Below, piece by piece: positions 24,683-30,997 of a stretch of 34,262 nucleotides of DNA. Under the pieces are notes generated by a model that saw nothing but the letters and a program-made list of their open reading frames with translations, was not told the origin of the DNA and searched no databases. The stretch is from a virus: IMG/VR virus record IMGVR_UViG_3300038701_000543, one strand, 5' to 3'. Position numbers and translations under genes: made by a program. Within the stretch, counting starts at the first letter, position 1. Each line of letters starts with the position of its first letter.

Positions 24683-24948
24683 TGGTCTTCTCCTTCTTCT
24701 TCCAACTGTCTCATCACGTCGCCGATCCGCTGATCGATCTTGTGGGCAGGCACGCCATCGTAGAGGTCGGCTGCCACGTCCATGATCAACGTTTCGAGGA
24801 TCTCGGACCGTGCTTCGGACTCCGCCAGCTTGGCCTCCAGTTCCTCGATGCGGTCGGCCAAAACCTGCACAGCATCGACCATGTAACGACGGCATCGCGC
24901 AAAGTCCCGCAGTTCTGCAATCGACTGCTTCACCAGATCCTCGGTCAT
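24679..24948 (-). CDS. Hypothetical coiled-coil early protein
   Basis: 89 aa, with RIEELEAKLAESEARSEILETLI; acidic. Confidence 0.6.
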   Translation of the reverse strand: MTEDLVKQSIAELRDFARCRRYMVDAVQVLADRIEELEAKLAESEARSEILETLIMDVAADLYDGVPAHKIDQRIGDVMRQLEEEGEDQ

Positions 24949-25157
24949 CCCAGATTCTCTCCTTCCCGCATCTTCTGATGCAACGTTTCCAGCCCTGACT
25001 CGACCTTCGCCAGCTCGGCGTCGAGTTCCCGCTCGAGCATGTCCAGCAAGGTCCGCAGATCGTCCATGTCGTGGTACAGAACGTCCAGCCGCGCCTTGGC
25101 GTCCAGCCTGACGATGTCGATCTTCCGGCGCATGCGGGTGATGATGGTGTTGATCAT
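24945..25157 (-). CDS. Hypothetical coiled-coil early protein
   Basis: 70 aa from ATG 25157 (MINTIITRMRRKIDIVRLDAKARLDVLYHDMDDLRTLLDMLERELDAELAKVE...), with ATGA overlaps. Confidence 0.6.
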   Translation of the reverse strand: MINTIITRMRRKIDIVRLDAKARLDVLYHDMDDLRTLLDMLERELDAELAKVESGLETLHQKMREGENLG

Positions 25158-25333
25158 TTCTGCTCCTTCACATTCCCCAAGATGTCGAGAGCCGCGCCCA
25201 CCTCGTGCAACAAGCGTCCCTCTTCGTTCTGCTGCCACCGTCCGTCCTCGGTCCACGCATCGGCGCGCGCGTCGAAGTACTCCTCACACTGCTGCAGGAT
25301 CTCCACGATCCTCGCTTCTTGGTCCTTGGTCAT
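25154..25333 (-). CDS. Hypothetical small early protein
   Basis: 59 aa from ATG 25333 (MTKDQEARIVEILQQCEEYFDARADAWTEDGRWQQNEEGRLL...). TGATG overlap with the upstream repeat-protein gene. Confidence 0.55.
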   Translation of the reverse strand: MTKDQEARIVEILQQCEEYFDARADAWTEDGRWQQNEEGRLLHEVGAALDILGNVKEQK

Positions 25334-26049
25334 CAGAAGCCCTCCGTCAGCATCTTGCGGAGCTGTTGCTCCTGTGCCGCCCATGCGGCGTCCCATGCGG
25401 CGTCCCGTGCGGCGTCCCGTGCGGCCCGTGCGGCGTCCTCTGCGGCGGCCCATGCGGCGTCCCGTGCGGCCCGTTCGGCCGCCCGTGCGGCGTCCCATGC
25501 GGCGTCCTCTGCGGCGGCCCATGCGGCGTCCCGTGCGGCCCGTTCGGCCGCCCGTGCGGCGTCCCATGCGGCGTCCCGTGCGGCGTCCCGTGCGGCGCCC
25601 TGTGCGGCGCCCTGTGCGGCGCCCTGTGCGGCGGCCCGTGCGGCGCCCTGTGCGGCGCCCTGTGCTGCGTCCCGTGCGGCGGCCCGTGCGGCGCCCTGTG
25701 CGGCGCCCTGTGCGGCGGCCCGCTCGTCAGGCGTTGCGGCGTCGTTCCGCAGCGTTGCGATCTGGGCACGGACGCAGGTGTCGCCGGGGAACTTCTCCTC
25801 AAACAGGTGCAGGACCTGCTCAGCACACCACGCCTGAAAGTGGCGCGACAGGCGGTCGTGTTCCGGCTGCATGGCATGGGACAGCACCCCAAGGGCGTCG
25901 TCCAGCCCGTTGCTGTCGAGGATCGTCAGGAGCGGAAGAGGCTCGTCGTCGGCCTTGGTCTTGCCAAGATGCGACAGGAGCCTTTCCCAGCCATCCCTGC
26001 AAGGGGACGCCGCGCGAATGGCGTTGAGGGTGGTGGTGTAGGTGGGCAT
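25333..26049 (-). CDS. Early all-alpha protein with a C-terminal Ala-rich (AAxx)n repeat array
   Basis: 238 aa from ATG 26049. The N-terminal part has ...SPCRDGWERLLSHLG...LPLLTILDSNGLDDALGVL...WCAEQVLHLFEEKFPGDTCVRAQIATLR.... The C-terminal part is AAQGAAQGAARAAARDAA...EDAAWDAARAAERAARDAAWAAA (x2)...QEQQLRKMLTEGF. Confidence 0.75.
   Translation of the reverse strand: MPTYTTTLNAIRAASPCRDGWERLLSHLGKTKADDEPLPLLTILDSNGLDDALGVLSHAMQPEHDRLSRHFQAWCAEQVLHLFEEKFPGDTCVRAQIATLRNDAATPDERAAAQGAAQGAARAAARDAAQGAAQGAARAAAQGAAQGAAQGAARDAARDAAWDAARAAERAARDAAWAAAEDAAWDAARAAERAARDAAWAAAEDAARAARDAARDAAWDAAWAAQEQQLRKMLTEGF
25375..25722 (-). repeat. Coding microsatellite-like array (12-nt sub-period) including a perfect 69-nt tandem duplication
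   Basis: Units such as gcggcgtcccgt and gcggcgccctgt recur throughout. 25432-25500 is identical to 25501-25569 (69 nt = 23 codons). All six frames are open across the array. Confidence 0.95.
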
Positions 26050-26141
26050 CAGAATCCCACCCCGTGGCCGAGCATCAAGAACGCATAGCCAGTCGCGCCA
26101 ATGCACAGGATCCCCAAGAAATCGCAGATGATGTCCTTCAT
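26049..26141 (-). CDS. 30-aa hydrophobic membrane peptide (below the ORF-track cutoff)
   Basis: MKDIICDFLGILCIGATGYAFLMLGHGVGF. ATG 26141 overlaps the stop of the zinc-finger gene (ATGA), and its own stop overlaps the next ATG (TGATG). Confidence 0.5.
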   Translation of the reverse strand: MKDIICDFLGILCIGATGYAFLMLGHGVGF

Positions 26142-26314
26142 TCTTCCTCTCCGTAGTTATCCGCGACCTCGCCTGTTCCGTCGCACAGCTCGCAGGTTTT
26201 ATTGATCACGTCGATAAAGCCGCCGCTGACGTAGTTGATCACAGGCAACTCATAGTCGCAGCGACCGACGCCGCCGCATTCGGGGCAGACTCGCATCTGC
26301 TCTTCATGGGTCAT
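26138..26314 (-). CDS. DnaJ-type zinc-finger miniprotein
   Basis: 58 aa from ATG 26314 with SD ggaggaag. Two CxxCxGxG motifs (CPECGGVG, CELCDGTG). Confidence 0.75.
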   Translation of the reverse strand: MTHEEQMRVCPECGGVGRCDYELPVINYVSGGFIDVINKTCELCDGTGEVADNYGEEE

Positions 26315-26355
26315 GACTTCCTCCGGTGGGTGGTGGGGGCCGAAGGCCTCGGTTG

Positions 26356-26568
26356 TCAGGCAGCGTCGCGAAGCTGGATCGCTTTGCGTGCTTCGGCGCG
26401 CATTGCCTGCGCGTCCGGGCTTTTGGTGGTCCTGTGCATTTCCCACCAAACCTTTTCAAATTGCTCTGCTGCCCAAGTGTAGCAGCGCGCTGCCTCAGCG
26501 TAGTTTCCAGCGGCCATCGCGGCTTCTGCTTCTGCGCGGCGGGCGTTTCCTGCTTGAAGGTTGGTCAT
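26356..26568 (-). CDS. First gene of the leftward early operon, hypothetical helical protein
   Basis: 70 aa, ATG 26568 with SD ggaggaag (rc of cttcctcc at 26573-26580). Ala/Glu-rich. Confidence 0.7.
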   Translation of the reverse strand: MTNLQAGNARRAEAEAAMAAGNYAEAARCYTWAAEQFEKVWWEMHRTTKSPDAQAMRAEARKAIQLRDAA

Positions 26569-26689
26569 CTGTCTTCCTCCGGTGTGGGCTGCTGCCCGTT
26601 TGCTGATGACCCATACTCCTCATGGAGAGAGCGCGCAGTCAACAGGAAATCCGCTTGTCCGGAAGAAAACTTCGCGTAGGGTGTAGCCC
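26569..26689. promoter_or_regulatory. Divergent promoter/operator region between the early-left operon and the cro-like/replication operon
   Basis: 121-nt gap between back-to-back genes. Leftward candidate: TTGACT (rc of 26637-26642), N18, GAGTAT (rc of 26613-26618). Rightward candidate: TTGTCC (26655-26660), N16, TAGGGT (26677-26682). Both are weak matches. Confidence 0.5.
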
Positions 26690-26884
26690 ATGGAACCGTT
26701 ACGCACGTACCTCACGACACACAAGGCCGTCGCCCTGGCTCAGGCCGTCGGCATCTCGCAGTCCTATCTATCGGACATGAAAAAAGGCAACCGCGTCCCC
26801 AGCCTGCGGGTTGCGTTTGCGCTCGAAGACGCCACGCACGGTGCTGTGCCGGCGCGCAGCTGGGTTGGTGAGCCGGATGGCTAA
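26690..26884 (+). CDS. Cro-like small HTH protein
   Basis: 64 aa. HTH segment HKAVALAQAVGISQSYLSDMKKGNRVPSLRVAFALE. First gene of the rightward operon, with almost no SD. Confidence 0.75.
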   Translation: MEPLRTYLTTHKAVALAQAVGISQSYLSDMKKGNRVPSLRVAFALEDATHGAVPARSWVGEPDG

Positions 26885-27269
26885 CAGTAGAAACAAGGGC
26901 GCTCAGTTCGAGCGAGACGTGGCGAAGCGGCTGTATCAGCTGCTCGGCGTGAACTTCTCCCGCGACCTCGACCAGTACCGGCAGGCCGATCACGGCGACC
27001 TGATCGCCGACGATCCCGACTTTCCGTTCCTAATCGAGTGCAAGCGATACGCCGCTGGCACGGGCTGTATGCCGGGCTGGTGGGATCAGGCCTGGCGCGC
27101 AGCCCAGCGCACGGACCTGCTGCCGTGCGTGATCTACAAATACGATCGCCGCGACATCCGCTGCGTGATCCCGCTCGGCGCGGTGTTCGCATGCCACCAC
27201 GACTACACGATCGAGGTGGATCTGGAGACTTTTGCTTACATTTGCAGGGAGATCATGGCAGATGACTGA
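26877..27269 (+). CDS. PD-(D/E)xK Holliday-junction-resolvase-like endonuclease (Hjc-type)
   Basis: 130 aa from ATG 26877. NKGAQFERDVAKRL ... HGDLIA ... FLIECKRY gives the E...D...E-x-K catalytic arrangement. Confidence 0.7.
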   Translation: MANSRNKGAQFERDVAKRLYQLLGVNFSRDLDQYRQADHGDLIADDPDFPFLIECKRYAAGTGCMPGWWDQAWRAAQRTDLLPCVIYKYDRRDIRCVIPLGAVFACHHDYTIEVDLETFAYICREIMADD

Positions 27270-28020
27270 CGGCTTTACCCGACACAACATCGACCACCTA
27301 TCCGCGTCGTCTATCAATCTCTGGTCGAACGCGCCGGACGTCTGGGTCATGCAGTATCTGCACGGCCTGCGCACGCCGATGGGTGCAGCGGCCTGGCGCG
27401 GCATCTGCACCGAGGATGCCGTCGTGCAGATCCTGATGGGCGACAGCGAGACAGCCGCGATCGATAAGGCGCTCGAAAAGTTCGACAAGCGCTTTCCGAT
27501 CGGTGACGAAAAGACCAGCGCCGAGCGCAGGCGGATCACGCCCATGACTCAGCTCGCTGTCGAGGAGCTGAAGGAGTTCGGCAAGCTAGAGTTCCCGGAA
27601 GACGAGGATCACCCGCAGGAAAAGATTAGCATAACGGCAAAGGGCGAGGGCTGGTCGGTCCCGGTCATTGGCTACCTCGACCTGGTCTTCCCGCAGCACG
27701 GCGTCGTGATCGACCTCAAAACGACCGGGCGCATCCCGTCCACCATGTCGCCAGAACATCAGCTGCAGCGCGCGATCTACCAGACGGCCAAAGGCAACAT
27801 GGCGGTCAAGTTCCTGTACGTCTCAGAGAAAAAGACGAGCATGCTCGAGGACGGCGACCCGACCGAGCTGCTGGCCAAAGCCAAGATCCAGATCAGCCGG
27901 ATGGAGAAATTCCTGCGCCTGCTCGACAAGGACCAGGCGAAAGAGATTGTGCCGCTGGCGCCCAACAGTTTTTACTGGTCCGGCGCCGAGGACCTGCGGC
28001 AGCAATTCTACGGCGTCTGA
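27262..28020 (+). CDS. PD-(D/E)XK nuclease, RecB/Cas4-like exonuclease
   Basis: 252 aa from ATG 27262. GYLDLVF...VVIDLKTTG (D ... D-x-K) followed by QLQRAIYQ (QxxxY). Confidence 0.7.
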   Translation: MTDGFTRHNIDHLSASSINLWSNAPDVWVMQYLHGLRTPMGAAAWRGICTEDAVVQILMGDSETAAIDKALEKFDKRFPIGDEKTSAERRRITPMTQLAVEELKEFGKLEFPEDEDHPQEKISITAKGEGWSVPVIGYLDLVFPQHGVVIDLKTTGRIPSTMSPEHQLQRAIYQTAKGNMAVKFLYVSEKKTSMLEDGDPTELLAKAKIQISRMEKFLRLLDKDQAKEIVPLAPNSFYWSGAEDLRQQFYGV

Positions 28021-28094
28021 GCCGTAGCATCCGCACCGGGCGGTTCCCGGTTTCCAATGTGCCAGCACGCACAACACGACAAAGGACAAACCAC

Positions 28095-28718
28095 ATGTTT
28101 GCAATCGACACAGGCAGCACCGGCGTCGGCGGCCCCTTCCTGCAATGGTCCGCACGCGGGACCCAAGACGGGGCAGTCCCCGCCCGGTCGTTCTACATCC
28201 GCGACGGCTCGGACAAGACGCCCTACGACGCGACCAAGGGCATGGTGCTCGACATCGAGAAGATGAAGACCGGCTGGCAGCACAGCGAAGGCATCGCAGG
28301 CGTGGCCCCCGAGTGGCGTTGGAACCCGAGCGTCAGCCAGATGATGCCGTCGCCCGGCGAAGACTGGAAGAAAGGCTTCAGCATCCCGGTCGCGATCGGC
28401 GGCGGCAAGACTGCCACCTGGGAACAGGCAGGCACGGCAGCGTGGCAGGCGCTGGTTGATCTGGCACCGCAGCTGCAGCAGCAGCCCGGACCGGACCAGC
28501 TGCCCATGTGCAAGATCACCGACACCAAGGCCATGCAGTTCAAGCGGGGCTCGACTGTCAGCCCCGTGCTGTCGATCGTCAAATGGGTGCCGCGGCCTGA
28601 CTGCCTGAAGGACGGTGCCGCGGCAGGCATCGCCACCGAGCCAGCACCTGCCCCGCAGCCAGCACCTGCCCCGCAGCCTGCCCAGCCCGCTCTCAGCGCC
28701 GACGAGCTAGAGTTCTGA
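28095..28718 (+). CDS. Single-stranded DNA-binding protein (T7 gp2.5-style, inferred)
   Basis: 207 aa from ATG 28095. Position between the recombination nucleases and the primase-helicase. C-terminal Pro/Ala/Gln linker (PAPAPQ PAPAPQ) ending in an acidic-aromatic tail SADELEF, as in SSB C-termini. Confidence 0.55.
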   Translation: MFAIDTGSTGVGGPFLQWSARGTQDGAVPARSFYIRDGSDKTPYDATKGMVLDIEKMKTGWQHSEGIAGVAPEWRWNPSVSQMMPSPGEDWKKGFSIPVAIGGGKTATWEQAGTAAWQALVDLAPQLQQQPGPDQLPMCKITDTKAMQFKRGSTVSPVLSIVKWVPRPDCLKDGAAAGIATEPAPAPQPAPAPQPAQPALSADELEF

Positions 28719-28726
28719 GGCCCGAC

Positions 28727-28805
28727 AAAAAGACCCCCGGCAGGGAGGATTGCCGGGGGTCAGTTGGGGGGGAAGGTCAGAGGAGAAGGGGGAAACACGA
28801 CCCCT
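28727..28805 (-). ncRNA. Candidate ~80-nt antisense RNA opposite the primase-helicase leader
   Basis: Minus-strand promoter TTGCTG (rc of 28835-28840), N17, TATCCT (rc of 28812-28817). About 80 nt of pyrimidine-rich transcript follows, then the 11-bp terminator plus T5. Confidence 0.35.
28732..28761 (-). terminator. Intrinsic terminator oriented for the minus strand
   Basis: gacccccggca (28732-28742) pairs perfectly with tgccgggggtc (28751-28761), with loop gggaggat. A5 at 28727-28731 gives stem+UUUUU only on the minus strand. Confidence 0.6.
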
Positions 28806-28819
28806 GAGGAAAGGATAGC

Positions 28820-30997
28820 ATGCAGTCGCCAGCCCAGCAAGCCGACCACGCGGAGGTCGTGAATTTCCTGCGCACCATCACAGACGGATGGGCCGAGATC
28901 GCAGACGAGCAGCCGCAGCTCGAGCTGCGCTGCATCGGGCTTAACGGATCCATCTCGGTCGCCAGGTTCAGCCACACAGCCGTCGAAGACGCCGCGCACC
29001 ACGCGGTCGAGATGAACCAGCACCACCAGAACGTCTACGCCTGCGTGAACCCGGTCAACCCGAGCGCTGATCGCCGCGGCGCCAAGGATGCCGACATCCT
29101 GGCCGCCTTTTTTTGCTTCGCCGACGCTGACAGCACCGACAGCATGGCCAACGTCACGGCATTCGCCGGTCCCAAGTTCACCATGAGCGTGCGCACCGGC
29201 ACGGTGCCGTATCTGCGCGGGCATGCGTACTGGCGGCTGGAAGAGCCGGTGCGCAACCTTGACGCCTGGCGTCAGGTGCAGAGAGACATTGCCGCCAGGC
29301 TGCAGACCGACAGCACCGTGGTGAACCCCAGCCGCATCATGCGCGTGGCAGGCACAATGTCCTGGCCGCCCGAGCGCAAGCGCATGAAGGGGTACGTGCC
29401 CGAGCTGGTCACCATGCGCACAGAGTTCTCGACCGATCGGGACCCGGTGCCGTTCGAGCGCATGATGCGCGCCTTCCCGGCAGACAGCGCAGCGCCCGGC
29501 ACCGGCCAAGGCGTCCAGATCGACCTCGGTCAGCAGGCCATGGACCGAGCGCTGGCCGAAGCCGACATCCTGGCAGGCAAGAACTGGCACCAAAACGTCG
29601 TGCGCCTGGTCGGATCATACGTCACCCGCGGCCTGACCGACGCAGAAATTCACGCCCTCACCGACCGGTTCACGATGGCCGGCTACACCGTCGAGGACAC
29701 CAGGCGCGAGGTGCAGACCGCCATCGACGGCGCCAGGGCCAAGGGCTGGACCCCGGCACCCGACCCGGCAGCCGAGCGCATGGCAGCGCAGGTCCCGGAA
29801 CAGGCCGCAGGAGCCGCTGAGAGCGCCGCTGACGGGCAGGTCGGGCAGGCGTGGCCGACACCCGTGCAGGCGTTCAACGCCGCCCTGCTGCCGCGCAGAC
29901 GCTGGGTCTACGACAACGTGTACATCCGCAGCTATCTGACGGTCACAGCATCGGCAGGCGGGATTGGCAAGACGTCCCTCGCACTGGCCGAAGCCATCGC
30001 GATCGCAACAGGGAAGCCGATCCTGCAGCGCCCGGTGCGCGAGCAGACAAACACATGGGTCATTAACCTCGAGGACCCCAGAGCAGAGATGCAGCTGCGT
30101 CTGGCATCCCTCATGCAGCACTACCAGATCAGCCACGCAGATCTGGCAGGCAGGCTCTTCATCGACGGGGAAGACGACATCCAGATCACCCTGGCTGCCG
30201 AGGGCAGAGACGGCGTCATCACGAACGACGCACTGCTCGAGCTGATGGCCACCAAGATCCGCGAACACAAAATCGGCTGCGTGATCGTGGACCCTTTCGT
30301 CAGCACTCACGCAGTCAACGAGAACTCCAACGTCCAGATCCAGATCGTCGTCGCCATGCTGCGCAAGCTGGCCCGCGACACCGACTGCGCCGTGCATCTG
30401 ATCCACCATGTGCGCAAGGGCAACGGCGAAGACGCCACCGTTGACAGCATCAGAGGCGCCAACGCCCTGATCGGGGCGGCGCGAGCGGCCAGGGTCATCA
30501 ACCGCGTGAGCATCGACGACGCCATGCGCCTTGGCATCGAGGAAGAGCAGGCGTCTGGCCTGTTTCGCATTGACGATGCAAAGGCCAACCTGGCAGCGCC
30601 GGCAGACAAGGCGCTCCACATGCGCACGATCGGCGTCGAGATCGCCAACGGCGAGTGGATCGGGACGGTGGTGCCAGTGCAGCTGCCCGACCTGTTCGAC
30701 GGCATCACCGCGCAGCAAACCATTCAGGTGCAGCGCGTCGTGGCCGAGGCCGAGCGCAGCAACGAGCCGCTGCGCGACAACGTGCAGGCAAAGCAGTGGG
30801 TCGGGCACGCGATCGGCGAGGTCCTCAGCATCGATACGACCGAGAAGCACGGCAAGGCGCGCGTCAGCGGCATGGTCAAGCAGTGGGTCAAAACCGGGGT
30901 GCTGAAGGTAGAGCGGGTGTACGACAAGAAGCACAGCCGAGAGATCGGCACGGTCGTCGTGGGCAAAATGATCACCCGAGAGGAGGCTGGGTTGTGA
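28820..30997 (+). CDS. Primase-polymerase (AEP-type) fused to a RepA/DnaB-like P-loop helicase
   Basis: 725 aa. N-terminal half: NVYACVNPV, FCFADADS (DxD), RGHAYWRL (xGxH), IMRVAGT. C-terminal half: Walker A SAGGIGKTS, Walker B CVIVDPF, and HHVRKG. Confidence 0.82.
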   Translation: MQSPAQQADHAEVVNFLRTITDGWAEIADEQPQLELRCIGLNGSISVARFSHTAVEDAAHHAVEMNQHHQNVYACVNPVNPSADRRGAKDADILAAFFCFADADSTDSMANVTAFAGPKFTMSVRTGTVPYLRGHAYWRLEEPVRNLDAWRQVQRDIAARLQTDSTVVNPSRIMRVAGTMSWPPERKRMKGYVPELVTMRTEFSTDRDPVPFERMMRAFPADSAAPGTGQGVQIDLGQQAMDRALAEADILAGKNWHQNVVRLVGSYVTRGLTDAEIHALTDRFTMAGYTVEDTRREVQTAIDGARAKGWTPAPDPAAERMAAQVPEQAAGAAESAADGQVGQAWPTPVQAFNAALLPRRRWVYDNVYIRSYLTVTASAGGIGKTSLALAEAIAIATGKPILQRPVREQTNTWVINLEDPRAEMQLRLASLMQHYQISHADLAGRLFIDGEDDIQITLAAEGRDGVITNDALLELMATKIREHKIGCVIVDPFVSTHAVNENSNVQIQIVVAMLRKLARDTDCAVHLIHHVRKGNGEDATVDSIRGANALIGAARAARVINRVSIDDAMRLGIEEEQASGLFRIDDAKANLAAPADKALHMRTIGVEIANGEWIGTVVPVQLPDLFDGITAQQTIQVQRVVAEAERSNEPLRDNVQAKQWVGHAIGEVLSIDTTEKHGKARVSGMVKQWVKTGVLKVERVYDKKHSREIGTVVVGKMITREEAGL

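Noticed and set aside
25375-25722. CRISPR-like regular short repeats.
   Set aside because: The period is 12 nt with no unique spacers. The array is in frame within a coding sequence, and no cas genes or leader are present.
25039-26088. Several long ORFs in other frames and on the other strand across the repeat array (25039-26088 +, 25071-26027 +, 25205-25837 +, 25347-25892 -), with PCGV/RRPV/AASR repeats.
   Set aside because: All six frames stay open only because the 12-nt GC-rich repeat lacks stop codons. Only the 25333-26049 minus frame connects by start/stop overlap to its neighbours and has a non-repetitive, protein-like N-terminal domain.
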